A DNA stretch of 64,000 bases from Stegostoma tigrinum (GCF_030684315.1 NC_081396.1:3844001-3908000), one strand, 5' to 3'; shown: positions 40,094 to 53,630, counted from the stretch's first letter. Notes: a model not told the origin generated them from the sequence alone. Numbers and translations: made by a program.

Positions 40094-43000
40094 TGATCTT
40101 CACCCCATAATCTGCACATTTTAAAGAGAGATCCGGAGGATCAACCTATTGTTAATTTAACTGCACAAAGGGTAGCAAGTTCTTTTGTGATTGTTACTGG
40201 GGCCAAGACACCTATGTTGGATGCATCATGTGTACAGCAATATGGGTTTACACTCTCACCCGTCTCAGTAAGCCTTAATGGACAGACTGGACAGGCAAAT
40301 GCATACTCTTTAACAGAACCATTGGAAGTTCAATTTGGCCCTGAAAACTGTATTATTTATTTTGCCCAGACCCTCACTTTGGGAGTTAATTTAGCCGGGA
40401 CAGATTTGTTGTGCCTTCTTCAAACTGAAATTCTGTGTCCCAAGAAGGGCATTAGTGTCAAAAGTGACCCGATTATGCGACATTTTTGGGTTCATCGATC
40501 GCCACAATGATGGACAATTGACTTATCTCTGTGAGATATCACCCTTTTCCTCCAAATCCCTCGTCCTCAAGTTGACTTGTGTTATGACCCTACAGGGACT
40601 TCCTGTTAATTGGCTGGTATTTACCCCCTATCTCGGATCAAGTTTATCTGTCACTATTGTCGGGTATATAGAGGGAAAGGAAGAATCAGCGTTTCTGGCG
40701 GAGGTGCCACCCCATCTATGCCATGAATCCTTCCTGGTATTCCCTTACTTCACACTGGCTGTGAGCACCGGCTACAATGTCAAGTCCTTGGGATTTCTAG
40801 TGCACCTCTTGATCCCACAATCATACGTGGAAGTGAAGGGTTATTCAGCGCAGGTGGCTGATGGTCTCATTACATATTATAGTGAACATTTTCTTGTATT
40901 TGGGCCATTACGTCGCCACCATGCTCATCATAGTGCCTCTAAGGAGTCTTCTCCAGACCTGTGGTCTACTTCCACACCTGAGGTAGGATACACGCCGGTC
41001 ACCATCGTAGGAGTGCGCTTACCCTCAATACCTCAGTACCCCGTCAAACCTGAGACAGTGGAAGAAATAACCTCCCTGATCAAGTCGTTCCTCCAACCAG
41101 GTATATTGTTCCTTTGTCAATTGCCTTGCAATACTGCTATTCTGCCCCTCCCTAAACCCGGTCGCCAGGAATGGCGACTGGTCCAGGACCTCAGACAAAT
41201 ACATAAGATAGTGCGACCCTGACATCCGATTGCCCCTAATCCTGCCACTATGCTTAGCAACATCCCCTCAGATGCGTGTGTCATCACCGTTTTGGACTTG
41301 CAACATGCATTTTTCATGATTCCCTTGCATCAGGGGCCTTAATATCGGTTTGTCTTTTCCTTTAAAGGACAGCAGGAGACCTGGACATGTCTCCCCCAAA
41401 AGTTCATTCACTCGCCTGCCCTAGTTTCCCAGGTCTGGCATCACCAGCTCCAAGATCTCCGACTCTTGGATGGCTCCACTGTTATCCAATATGTTCACGA
41501 TTTGCTCTTAGCAAGCCCATCATAATCCAATAATGTTTTGGATACAAACAGCCTTTTGAACGCTCTTCAATCTTGGGCATATCTTCTGACCACTGTGAAG
41601 GTTACGTGTAATGAACAGCAGGGGCCGTTCCCAAGGATTCTGCTCAGCGCCTGGGAACAAACGCTCACCCCTCAGCGCATTGCTCTTATTCAGATGAACC
41701 ACGCCCATAACCCCAAAACAAGTAAGGGCCTTTTTAGGCTTGGTAAATTCTTGTTGACAGTGGTTCCCTACTGTCCCTTTGCTTTTAAAAAAAACTACCG
41801 ACCCCTTTAGCTTCTTGTAAAAACCCAAAAAACCTTCACCCTCTCTGACAAACAACAGTCAGCCTTTGCAGACTTAAAAGCAGACCTTGCGGCTGCCCCG
41901 GCTTTGAGAAGACCTTTACATGACAGACCTTTCCGGCTATATGTTAATGTTGTGTATGGGTGCACCACTGGGCTATTGACACAGACTCGTCGCATGGGCA
42001 AACAACCGGCCAACGACGACTCTACCTGCCTGGACTCTGTCGCACATGGGCGTACACCTTTGTTCCAAGATTCTTCTTGCAATTTATACTTCAGTCACTG
42101 CAGCCTCTAAAGTTACTCTCCACCAGCCACTTACTGCCGAAAACTCACATGCCATTGACGTCATCCTCTCCTCCCACCAGACTCAACACCTTACCCAGGC
42201 ACATTTTAGCTGCTACGAAGTCGCACTCCTTCACAATCCGCTCTTGACATTCTCTTTCTGCTTCACAAATAACCCAACCACGTTTTTGAGCACCAAACTT
42301 CGATGAGTTTTTAGCACACCTGCATGACTGCTTACGAAGGAACCAATTTCTAACATTTCTGCGCCTGTACATGATTGATGTCACGGATCCTTCTCCGGAT
42401 GTTATCCTGTTTGTTGATGGCAGTTCCTCCAAGTTCCCCTTGGGTAACACTCTGGATATCCAATTGTCGACGTTGCCTCAGATTAGATTCAATGGTGTTT
42501 GAGCCCCCAGTGTCCGCTCAGAAAGCAGAACGTTTTGTCCTTACTCTGCTTGCATCCTAGCAACAGGGAAGTCAGCGAATATTTACACAAACTCTCCGTA
42601 TGCCTTCAGAGTCAACCACAACTTTGGCCAGTTATGGTGTCAGGATGGGTTTTTAACATCTTCAGGTTCACCCTTCCAACATTCCTCGTTTGTTAAAAAC
42701 CCTCTCCAGACAATTCTCTTCCCTAACCAAGTGGTTTTTATCAAATGCGTTGCCCATGCCTCCGACGAATCTGGAGTTACTCAGGGCAACACTCGGGCTG
42801 ATCAGGCGGCCAAACAGGCAACTGCAGATCAAACCTTTATTGTGCCATGTACGAACAAGCAGGTGGGAAATCCAATGCCTCATTCGGACTAGATGGGCAT
42901 ACCAGAAATAGTCACTGTTCAACACCTACAGGGCGATGTCCCTGCTTCTGAAAAGGACATTCGGACGGTGCATGGATGTTCGTATTCTGCATCGTCAGGC

Positions 43001-44085
43001 CTTTGGCTTACCCTCGTCGGCCAAGTGTGTATACCTGTTGCTTTGTTACCAATGCTTGTTGACTGTCTGCATTCTGACACCTACGTTGGCAAAGAGGCAA
43101 TGAGTGGTATTATGCTCCGTACCTTGTGGCACACCCGACTGGCTGAGGCACCCGCCCCCCCGTCCCAGTCTCAAAGACCATCATTTCTCACATGCAAGCA
43201 AAACAATTTTGGTCTGGGGGAGACGTGCTCACCAGGAAAAAAAATCAGGTGGACCGTTTGAATGCATTTAACTGGATTTGATTGAATTACCTCGTGTAAT
43301 TAGTTGTAAGTATTGTCTTGTCATTGCAGATTCATTCAGTAGGTGGAGAGAAGCTTTCACACTGACACAAAACAAAGCCTCAACAGTAGTGAAGTTATTA
43401 TTAATTGAAATAATGCCAAGGTTAGGAGTGACTCGACAATTTAGTTCTGTCAATGGCATCACTTTGTAGGAAAGATTAATAAGGAACTGTGTGATACGTT
43501 ATGCATCCAGCAGCAATTTCAACGTTCATACCAACCCTCAGTGTCAGGGATAGTGGAAAAAGAGAATGGAACGCTCAAAGCGAAATTGACCAAGTTGATA
43601 TTAGAGACTGGCCTGAGCTAGTTAAAGGTTTTGCCGCCAGCTTTGCACCACACGCGAATAACACCCTATTCTCAGACTGGACTCACAGCAACAGAAATCG
43701 CCTGTGGCTGACCCAGCAAAACACCTTGGGATGCCAATACCAGCCCACCCACCCAAATTGACTTGAATGTTGTGGGAGAAGAAATGCAAAGGTATTTCCT
43801 GCAGCCAACATCGTCTCCAAAGATTCTCCATTCACTGGTGAAGCTGGTGAAGTGTACCATTGGAACACCGTTGCAGGCACTAGACCAAGACCTGAAGCAC
43901 TAGAATCGCTCTTCATGATGACAGATTGGAGATTTCGTACTTGTCCGAGATTGGGATCACCCAAATCTTGGGTGGAGGTGGAACGGGCCATTCTTAAAAC
44001 TCCAACAGCTCTATAAGTTAAAAGACAGAATCACTGGATCCACCTCAGTAAATGCAAAAGACAGATTCCCTCTTCCCCTTGCAAT
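40094..44085 (+). pseudogene. pol: ERV pro-pol (protease, putative 2H domain, RT, RNase H, integrase), disrupted
   Basis: PR: IVTGA (decayed DTGA) and NLAGTDLL. RT: PQYP, CNTAILP, WRLVQDLR, LDLQHAFF, LPQKFIHSP, YVHD (41490-41501). RNase H: LFVDGSS, AQKAE. IN: DLIEL..LVIADSFSRWREAF, SGIVEKENGTLK, RWNGPF, WIHLSKCK. Confidence 0.93.
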
Positions 44086-44089
44086 TCAC

Positions 44090-44880
44090 CATTTGAATGA
44101 GGATTATTCTGACAGTGCATGTCCAGCAAACAATCTGTTGCACAGAACACACGTCCAACTGCACGGGAATCAGACAACATGTTACCTGCTACCAGGCAAG
44201 AAGGGATTCGTTTTCCTTCTTAATGAGACCTTCACGATTGCCACTAAAATTTTGCTGGTGCTGTTTGCTGTTGGGGCCATTGGGCGCCTCATGGTCTCTT
44301 GTCCCCAATGAGCGTGGATTCAATGGCGAATTGTCACACGCTTCCTGAGCCTGTAGTTTTGCGATGCATGGCAGGATCCAATTGCCTTGGGCTCTTCCTT
44401 GTGTTATGGCTTCCTTGGAACTGTTAGCTTGGGAGGATCCCCGCGGTGGAGTTCGTAAATAAACCGAAATTACCTGAGATGTAGACTCACCACCCTGGGA
44501 AACAGCACAATGAAAGCATTGGAGGCAGTCAACCGAGAATTTGCCAAACTTCATCTCTGTGCTCAGTCAACCCGGTATGCAATGGACCATCAACTGGCTC
44601 AGCAAGGTGGAGAATGTATTATCATGGAGGACAAGTATATGACCAAGTTACAGATGAGTCCTATAGTATTACCCAGGATATGCAAGCCATACAATGGCAC
44701 TTGGAACAGTAGAGAGAGGGGCCCTGACCGGGGCAGGGTGGCTCTTTAGCATGGTTTATGGGCGGGTCTTGGGTCTCATACCTGCTACATGAGCTAGTTA
44801 TTCTACAAGTTGTCATAGCGTTTGCTGTGTGTTTATTGTGTGCCTGAAATCTTGATTCAGGCATGCGTTTGCCAGATCAG
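44090..44880 (+). pseudogene. env: ERV env remnant (SU largely missing; TM with immunosuppressive domain)
   Basis: ALEAVNREFAKLHLCAQSTRYAMDHQLAQQGGECIIMEDKY is a decayed QNR-ALD-LLA-QGG-C ISD/CX6CC region, followed by a hydrophobic anchor LVILQVVIAFAVCLLCA. Confidence 0.8.
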
Positions 44881-44934
44881 CAGCTCCCTTCTTGTCCCTG
44901 ACATAAGTTAACATGAAATAATAAACGGAGGGAA

Positions 44935-45342
44935 TGAGATGTTGTTGGGACAACATCCCATTGATTTCCACATTCTAGAGAAGTAAATGCTCTTTACCTG
45001 CTTACCCAGAAGTATGTGGACAATGCCTTCAAACTTCCTGCCCGACTAGAATTAGGTGTAAAACTTTGTAAATTCCAATCTTCCTACACATAGGTGGAAA
45101 GACACTCCCTTAAGCTTCCTGCCTAAATAGAATTATGTACTAACTTTGCCAGACTTTATCTTCCTGCGCAGGGGTATGTGGAAACTGTCTCAAATAAGTT
45201 GAGGTGTGTAGTGTTTGGAAACGTGTGAGACTTCTGAAATCCTGTAAAGAATGTAACTTCTGTTTCTGCTAAATGGGCCAGGGCACTGAATATTTTTTTT
45301 TTCAAGCCAGACACTTTGGCGTCTTGAAGTTACATTCTTTCA
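44935..45342 (+). repeat. ERV 3' LTR
   Basis: Follows the polypurine tract; TG start and candidate CA end at 45342; internal ~80-bp tandem repeat carrying cttcctgcc (ETS-like). Confidence 0.85.
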
Positions 45343-45816
45343 CTTCAGCTACTTGAAATCGTCTCCTGCTCCGAGCAGTCACTTCACGAATGATCGATAC
45401 TGCATCCTGCTGTCTGCATGTTTTTCATGTTGTAATTGTTTGTGTATCATGTCATTGCCCGATGTAGAGATTGTTTCATGCAACATGCCATTGTGAGATG
45501 TAAAATTGCTTTGTCTGGTATGCACTCGATAAGGTATAAAAATTGGGGACTGTCCACTGCTCGGGGACAATCGCTTCTGAGACTCTGCACTCTGTGCCAG
45601 GTTGAGTACAGTGATCCTCCACAGATTGTACTTGCTTCCTAATACTGGATTTGTGTTTTTTTCTGAACAGGTCAGTGTCTTGTTATTGCATCAAGTACGT
45701 CAAGGTCTCCGAAAACAAACATATCAATAAATGGTCCCTATTATCAGTTGTTCTTGGTCCCCAGCTCACCATTACGCACAATGTTTGTCTGCCCAGCTGC
45801 TGTTCTCTTTGAGTTC

Positions 45817-46385
45817 ACAGAACATAGAACATCGAACACAGAACAGTACAACACAGAACAGGCCCTTCGGCCCTCGATGTTGCGCTGACCGGCAAAGTAA
45901 TCTAAGCACATCCTACTGACACTATCCCATCATTATCCATTTGCTTATCCAAGGACTGTTTAAATGCCCCTAATGTGGCTGAGTTAACTACAATTGCAGG
46001 CAGGACGTTCCAAGCGCTTACCATGCTCAGAGTAAAGAATCTGCCTCTGACATCTGTCTGATATCTATCACCCCTGAATTTGTAGCTATGCCCCCTCGTA
46101 CAAGCTGACGTCATCATCGTCGAAAAAAGACTCTCACTGTGCACCCTATCTGATACTCTGTTCATCTTATATGTCTCAATTAAATCCCCTCTTAGACTTC
46201 TTCTCTCCAATGAGAACAGACCCAAATCCCTCAGTCTTTCTTCATAGGGCCCTCACTCCAGACCAGGCAACATCCTGGTAAATCTCCTCTGCACCTTTTC
46301 CAATGCTTCCACATCCTTCCTGTAATGGGGCGACCAGAACTGTGTGCAATATTCCAAATGAGGCCGCACTAGCGTTTTATATAGA
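45817..46385 (-). mobile_element. Relatively young 5'-truncated CR1 LINE
   Basis: LYKTLVRPHLEYCTQFWSPHYRKDVEALEKVQRRFTRMLPGL and GLFSLERRSLRGDLIETYK; tail acagaacatagaac. Confidence 0.92.
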
Positions 46386-48119
46386 TCCATCTCAATCTGT
46401 CTCCATCTTACTAAATGCAAACATCCATGGCGACCCGACTTTCCCGTTTCCTTTGCATACAGATCTCTGTTTCCAGGTGCATTTGGCTCTGAAGGAAGCA
46501 TCACTGTACCGGAAATATTGAGGTTGTTGAATTTCCAAAGATGCTGTCAGGCCCCCTTAGATCCGAATCAATTTCTATTTCAGCCTTTTTTTGAATTTTG
46601 TTGGAATGATAACACTGCCGTCTATGTGCTTATTTCTAACAGCCAGTACTCCAATTCGTTGTCAATTCTTTCACGATGTTACCGCATTTCAGGACCAGAT
46701 GTTGAAATACTTGCTTCATCCCCACAGGCATTCATCTTTTTAAGGTCATCAATAGAAAGATCCAATTTTCTCCGAGACTGTCAGGCAAATTCGGTTTCCA
46801 AATGAAGGGGAATTTCAATCAATGAGGGATACATGGGCTCATGCACCCCAATAGTTGGATAAACAGCCTCTGGCTCTCAGCACTCATCCCACTCAGGTCT
46901 TTCTCTTGGCATGGGGATGATATCAATCACCCAAGGTCCACACTGACGAGGAGCACGCGCAGCAGAATGGTAGTAAAGCCTCCAAATGTGAGGGAGGATT
47001 GAGGCTATCAGTTGAATGAGAAGTTTCAGTAACACCTTGGGGAGGTTGCCAGGCCTGATTGTCAATATGCTACTACTTCCTGGGGTAGAGTTTGTCAAAG
47101 AGAGCAGGGCCGGAATTTCCTGGGTGCGGTCTGAGTCCTCGAATAAGAGAGTCTCACGTTGCGACTGTACCCCGCCGGCCTTACTGGCGGCTATCGTAGT
47201 GAGAACACCATCAAATGCCATTTCTGTGACAGAATTCCTATTTTGTGTCAGTCTTTTGCGTCATTGAGAGTTTGCTAAATTCACTCTGAGACAGCTGACT
47301 CTGAGTTTAGACTATGATCCCTAAAAACATGAAAAGGGAGTGAGAGTGGCATCCAGGATTAAAAAAAACAAAACCAATCATCGTATATAAATTAACCCAA
47401 ACGAATCTGTCAATTGTTGGGGATGGAGATGAAGCATTCAAGATGTCAGTCACCTGGTGTGAAAGTCCTTTGCTCATTGGTTTACTTTTTAGTTTGTCGG
47501 CAAGCTGGAGAAATGAACCCAAACATGGAATAGGATTGGAGAACAGTGAGATTTGAGGAAGGAAATAATGGGAATGGATTTGTATCTCAACCCATAGAAT
47601 CTAGCATTGTCTCATTAGTCGTCTTTTTTGATCCTGTCGTTATATTGACGTCTTTTGTAAACTCCTTTCATCGAGTGGTGCAAGCTTTAGATGGAAACGC
47701 AAACCAAAGAATGCATCAAACTTTGACCGTCTCCTTAGTTATCTGGGTCTGAATGTCATTGCTCTTTATATATGATACAACTAATATTTGTTCGTTCTGT
47801 CTGTGCGAAAACTGTTCAAAAATCAGCAAATTCTGTGACGTACACACACATTTCAACGTGAGGTTTCGACCTCACTGTATGTGGAAACAGTTTTAATTGG
47901 CAATATTTAAAAAAAAACTTGTGCTGTTCACATTCAAACGAAACGAAGTGTTCTGATGGTAAATGAGGCTTCATCTGATCATCCAAACTGCAGGGACACC
48001 TGGAAACCAGCAAAATGAAGAAACTGTGGTAATGTAATGATTATGGGAGAGTATTTAATTATCCATCCAGGTTACTAAAGGTTGACCACAGACATAAGGA
48101 GACCAGCACCACACCATAT

Positions 48120-48425
48120 CCATGGATCTGTGGGCACAGTCAAGAATTCGATTGTCATTCCTTTCTGGGATATTCACACAGTGAAATGAAGATGAAGTCA
48201 TTTACTTGCTCTGTGTGTGGGAAGGAATTTATTCAGTCCAGCATCCTGCTGTCATATGTGTGTTCTCACATTCAAGATTAGCCATTCTGCTGCACTGTCT
48301 GTGGAAGGAGGTCCAGGCGTTCATGTGAATTCATTACTGAGCAGCGAATTGGCACTGGAGAGAGGCCATTCACCTGCTCAGCATGTGAAAGAGATTCGCC
48401 CAGTCATCCAATCTGCTGAGGGTCC
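48120..48425 (+). pseudogene. C2H2 zinc-finger pseudogene fragment
   Basis: FTCSVCGKEFIQSSILL..PFCCTVCGRR..TGERPFTCSAC. Confidence 0.8.
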
Positions 48426-48542
48426 TCCCTGAGTATGCTCACAAATCAGACAATGTACCATGGCATGTAAACAACAAAAAATGTGATTTTTTAAAATTAC
48501 TGCTGGAGGCAACACATACACCGAAATATGTTAAAATGAAAT

Positions 48543-48566
48543 TTAGAATGAAGTCTCTGATCTCAC
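48543..48566 (-). pseudogene. Possible decayed IgM TM2 exon
   Basis: Acceptor ttttccag| then GTG AGA TCA, close to the expected GTG AAA TGA (VK-stop), 2.2 kb downstream of TM1. The match is short and may be chance. Confidence 0.3.
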
Positions 48567-50746
48567 CTGGAAAACCGCGTCCACTTTCAGACCTTTTTTT
48601 TTGAAAGAAAGGAAAGTCATGAAACAGAGGCAATACAAAATCACCATGCTAAAGCGCTGTTTCCGGGATGATGAGCTTTGCGAAGGCTGGCCGATCCTCC
48701 ACTGTTTAACAACAATTTTCAATTTGGTTGAATTCCATAAAATGCCACTGCGTTTTAGTAGAGTTGTACAGGGAGAAGCTGCTTCTATTGAAGAAGGATT
48801 GTAAACATTCAGACGATTGTCAAATATAACTGGCAATTAGAACAACTCAAAATTAGATAAAGTGAAGCTTATTTTAATGCAGTGACTGTTTCAGAGAGTT
48901 AAACCTGCTGCAAACTCCGCTGTGAACTCGGGATTATGCGCGGCACTCAAAGGTATTGTAGCCTGGCGAGATGGTTTGAAACAATATTTGTGATTTATCA
49001 GCAACGACGTAGGTGTCTGTGAAAAGAAGTAACCAAACAAATCTGTCCGAGCATCTCCCACATTTAGCAGCACAGCTTCTATTGTCAGTTTCTACTTTAT
49101 GCTTTGTTTCCGATCAATGCTGTTTTCGTTTCGGTTTCCACACTGTAAACCTGCTTGTGTACATCTTTTCTACACTTTGCACGTTTAAAAATTCCAGCGG
49201 TGGTGAAAGTATGTGACTTTTGCTCCAATAGTTTGGAAGAGTCTCTCTGTGTACCCAATTTAATTCAAAGGGCAATTTCTCTTTTTTGAATTTGCATGTA
49301 TGTAATGGTTGTATGTAGGAAAGTTGATCATTAATCTCATGTCATGATATAAGGTTCAATTTTAAGGATTAAATGGTAATTTGACAAAATTACGAAAATG
49401 CCGGAAATAATTATCTAGCTTTTAGTGCTCCAGCCAGACCATGACATCAGATCTAGCCGAAGCAAATCTTCATTGTTTGGTGTTTTGAAACAGCCGGTTT
49501 CATAAGAAATTTGTATTTCATGCGTAGCTGCTGCGTAAGTAAAATATAACGAGTGTAGAAATGTTCAGTGCATATAGAACAGGCAGTTTCCAGACTCTGA
49601 GAACGTTTCCTTTTTTTGACGCTGAATTGTATCTTGTGCCCCATATGTCTCAATGTATCTGTATTCTTGAGTGAATGTGATACTTGTGGCTGATTAACAT
49701 TTAATTGGACATGTTTTGTCGAAACTTATTCATTGTGAACTCATGGTCTACCGACGTTGGATGCCTTGTGGTTTTAGGCAGAATCGAGTGAACTTTTAAC
49801 TCCATTGTGTGTCTTTAGCAGCTTTCTTGTCAAACAATGGTCGTGATGTTTTTATAAAGGCTGTGACCTTTTGTGTATCAGAGGAAACATTGATGGCCTC
49901 CTTGCACTTTCATTCTGCCTGCAGATTATTCTATCAGACATATCGAGTGAAAGATGAGTTTACATTAATGGGCCACAAGTTAGAGAAGCATTAACTGAAA
50001 TGAATTCATGAAACGAAATCTGACATAAGTGTGTAGCATTTGACTGGAATCGGATCTAGGCGGACAAACTTGGGAAAATATATCATTACTGTTGGCCCTT
50101 GAAGTAAGAATTAAACAATTTCAAGTTTCATACATATTCATTCCACATTTCTTTGCCGTTTCAGACAGCATTTTTATCGAAACGTTTCTGTTAAAATTAC
50201 CAAAAAATAACATAATTACCCGATGCCACATTGAGATGATAATGCATGACCTCTGAGCTCTGAATTTTATGCTCATCGGTAACATTAACCAAAAGAAGAA
50301 AATACGGGGTCAACATAAAGGACAGACATCAATTCGGAACAAGAATAACAAGAAAAACAACCACAAGTTGACTTCAAACAACTGGAAACCTACAAATTAT
50401 TGAAAAAAATAGCTATTTCGACAATATGAAACAAGGTAAATTGGAAAACCATTAGAATATTTTCTCAGTTACTCACATAAACTATTTTTTCCCCCTCACT
50501 GCTAGTGTCGACAGCAGGAGCGATTATACATTTGGAATTCAGTGGCCTCGATAAACATAAAATTTATTCAAGGAATTTCCTTGGGGTCACAAATTCATTC
50601 ACTTGACCTGAAAAAAGAATGTTTAGGGAATGATTTAGATGTTTATGATCAGAACATACAGGTTTTAGTTTTAATTCAATGACACACATCAAGATTTCAC
50701 GAGCCACAATGGCCTGGTGATGTGTGAATGATTTCATTCTTCTCAC

Positions 50747-50863
50747 CTGCACCAGCGTGACAGCAGCACTATAGAAAATGGTCAGGAAGAAAAAGGTGAT
50801 GAATGTAGAAGCAGAAGATGTTATCATCCTCAAAGTCTTCAATCCAATTATGATCTTTCAAAT
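50747..50863 (-). pseudogene. IGHM: IgM transmembrane exon TM1, frameshifted
   Basis: Acceptor ttcatag| then DLKDHNWIEDFEDDNI, a frameshift, then ASTFITFFFLTIFYSAAVTLVQ|GTGAGA (CART motif). The 117-nt length is incompatible with a phase-1 to phase-0 exon. Confidence 0.9.
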
Positions 50864-53630
50864 CTATGAATATAAAGCCAAGATAACGGATTTAGAATGT
50901 TCATTTATCCAATCCGATGTATCTTTATCTAAATAATGTAATCAGGGACCATAACACATTCTTCAAACCGTCAGGTTGCTCTCAAATGTGTTACTTGATC
51001 TCTATCTATTATTGTGTTAGTTACTCTCAGCAATAACTTGCTAACACTAATTGCACACGTTCTTCCTTTGTTTTCCATGTCTCAACATTTTGACACATTT
51101 GTTCATTTAAACTGTTCTGGGAGAACATAATTATTGTGATCATTCCGGACATACTGATTGGGAAAGATGATATTAATTCTCTCAATATATTTTCAATACA
51201 GGCTTTTACAGCTGTTACGTTGAAAATTGTGGTCATCACTGAAGATGATTTCAAATGTGATTATTCATCTTCTTTATTTATATGCGTTGAATTGCTTGAA
51301 AAATAAGAAGCAAAACTTAGATCCAGAGCAAGATTTTTTTTCACTGTGAACTTTCCCTTATTTTATTTCAGTCTATCACTTACTGTGCATTTTTTTTTTC
51401 TTTATTGTTTGGTTATATGGTTATCAGGTTCTCTTCCTTCGCACTTGTCCACATTGAAGCTTATGCATGACTGAATATATTCCTGTTGCCTTGTTGCTGG
51501 TATGATCATTCACATCTTTGTGCTTGTGGAGGTAAATTGTGTTCATTTCACAATGTGTCAAAATCATTTTTTTTTTTGACACATCACTTCATTTGGTGAT
51601 ACCTATCTTTATTTTTTCATGACTTTGTGTTTTTTTCTTTTACGTCGTGCTCCGGAAAATGTGTGTTAATGTATCGATTTCAGATTCTACCAGACTGAAA
51701 TTATTTTCATGTTTGCACTCCATCAATATGTTGGTTTTTTATGTACCTTCATGTTTTGCTTGATGAGTATATTTAAGTGATGATATGGTTTCCTTGGGAA
51801 TGCATCCTAAACCATCTTCTGATAGGATTTCTTGTGCTGTTGCATCTGAATGTTTACTGATGTTGAGCCATTCCCCTTTTGTTGCAAATACCCGACTGTG
51901 TGTTGAAATATGCACTTCTGTGTCTGCACGTGAGACTCATTAATTGTGTTTAAAAGTGTCCGTGTTTATGCGCTGATCATTTATGGTTTAAAAGATGCCA
52001 CTAAGCTGCCTCTTTGTTCATATGACTATATTTCTTCAAGTGAGGTAATAATGAGATTAAATTTATCTCTGTGATCTTATATATGTGCGTGTGAGTGAAC
52101 CTGTGGGAGGATATGGCTCGGATATTTATATCTGTTTATAATTGCATGTCTGTACGTATGAATATATGAAAGGATATGGATTCATGAACATTTGTGTGCT
52201 GAAATGTGTCTATGATTTCAAGTTCATGTGGAGTTACCATTTTTTGTTTGGGTGTGTTTCTTTCCATGCACTGGATGTTTTTGTGAGAGTCTATGTGACA
52301 GCTCATAGATCATATGCAAATATTCCTCTCTGCATGTATGCATATGTGACAGTTTATCTGTATGTGCATTTATATTTGCACATATGTATGTCCCTTTAGG
52401 CGAAAGCTTGTGGATGAGTGTCTTTAGAGCAGTTGTGACTGTCTGTATCTGTGTTTCTTTCTGCTCTAACACAGGCTGTGTTTTATTTTTCATTATTTTG
52501 CAATTTTAATTGATTTGCAATGACTATTTCTGATCCTGATGGTATAGGGAACATTTCTCGTCTGAATTAAAGATAAGCACTTTGTGATTGACGCTTGATG
52601 CAAAGGCAGAATTTCTGTCTCTGTGATGAAAGACCTGAGATCAAATTTCCACGACTCCAGAGATGTGAAGCAACATTTCTGTGTATGTTGGATATAAAAT
52701 ATGTCCAAGGTAAGTGAAAGAAGATGACATCCGGTGTTTGTACAGCAGAACTGATACCACGGGTTCAAGGAATTTTAGTCAAGTCTGTGTAAAATAGCTA
52801 CACTAATGCTTATTTGGTTTTGTATGATGCGGAATCAATGTTAACAGATGATTAATGGAACAAGCATGTCCAACATACTTCAAAGGAAGTATGTGGCATG
52901 GAAAAATTAACTCATTGTTCAGTCAGGAAGAAACTGACTGTTCCTGTTCGGTACAAAATCACATAACAGAGGGTGTACAACGTGAAAACTTGGAGAGTGG
53001 AGTAAGCTGAGAGCTCGTTAATTGTATTCATTTCTCCGTCTCCTTGACAAGAACAAAATTTCTTTTTGTTATCTTTGGTGTGGAATTGAAGATACATTCT
53101 GTCAAGTGGTGCGCTGCTGCAAGATCACTGGACGCCCCAAGATAAAACAGAAAAATTCAAGTCATTCTGAATCCTATAAAATAAGTGTCCAAGTCAATGC
53201 TAACTTGTCAGTGTGTTCCAATAACAAATAATGATAAAATTCTCTGAAGTTGATATTGCCAGTTAATGCAGTGTGGCAGTTTAACGCTGGCATGAAATTT
53301 ACAGATATGTCTCATTGAGGACTCATCAAAACAAAGATCATAATTGGTGCTGTTCATTTGTGATGAAATGGGCATTGCAAAATTTCGTCGCAGTGTGATT
53401 TAAGTTGCAGAAGGTAATTTCTAGAATCCTGCAATGAATGAGCATCAGTCTGTCACTGAAAAGGACCAATCTAAGCAGGGAGCATTAACTGCGCAGGCTA
53501 AAGTACTGGAACTGCTAATTGTCGACATTAGCTAGAAGGACAGAATATTATAAAACGTTGGAAATCAATCAATCAATTAAACGATTGTCTATTTACAGAA
53601 CAATTGGAGGAAAGGAAACAGTTTGTTATT

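Larger units (their letters stand above)
37324..45342 (+). mobile_element. Ancient endogenous retrovirus (class I, gamma/epsilon-like), LTR-gag-pro-pol-env-LTR, defective
   Basis: Paired LTRs starting TGAGATGTTGTTGGGA; polypurine tract aaacggagggaa at 44923-44934; retroviral gene order; pro lies in the gag frame after the stop. The right end is approximate and no TSD was found. Confidence 0.92.

Noticed and set aside
45379-45387. GTG AAG TGA (VK-stop) as IgM TM2
   Set aside because: Not preceded by an AG acceptor.
47700-47740. TLTVSL as a J segment
   Set aside because: No W/F-G-x-G motif, GT donor or RSS.
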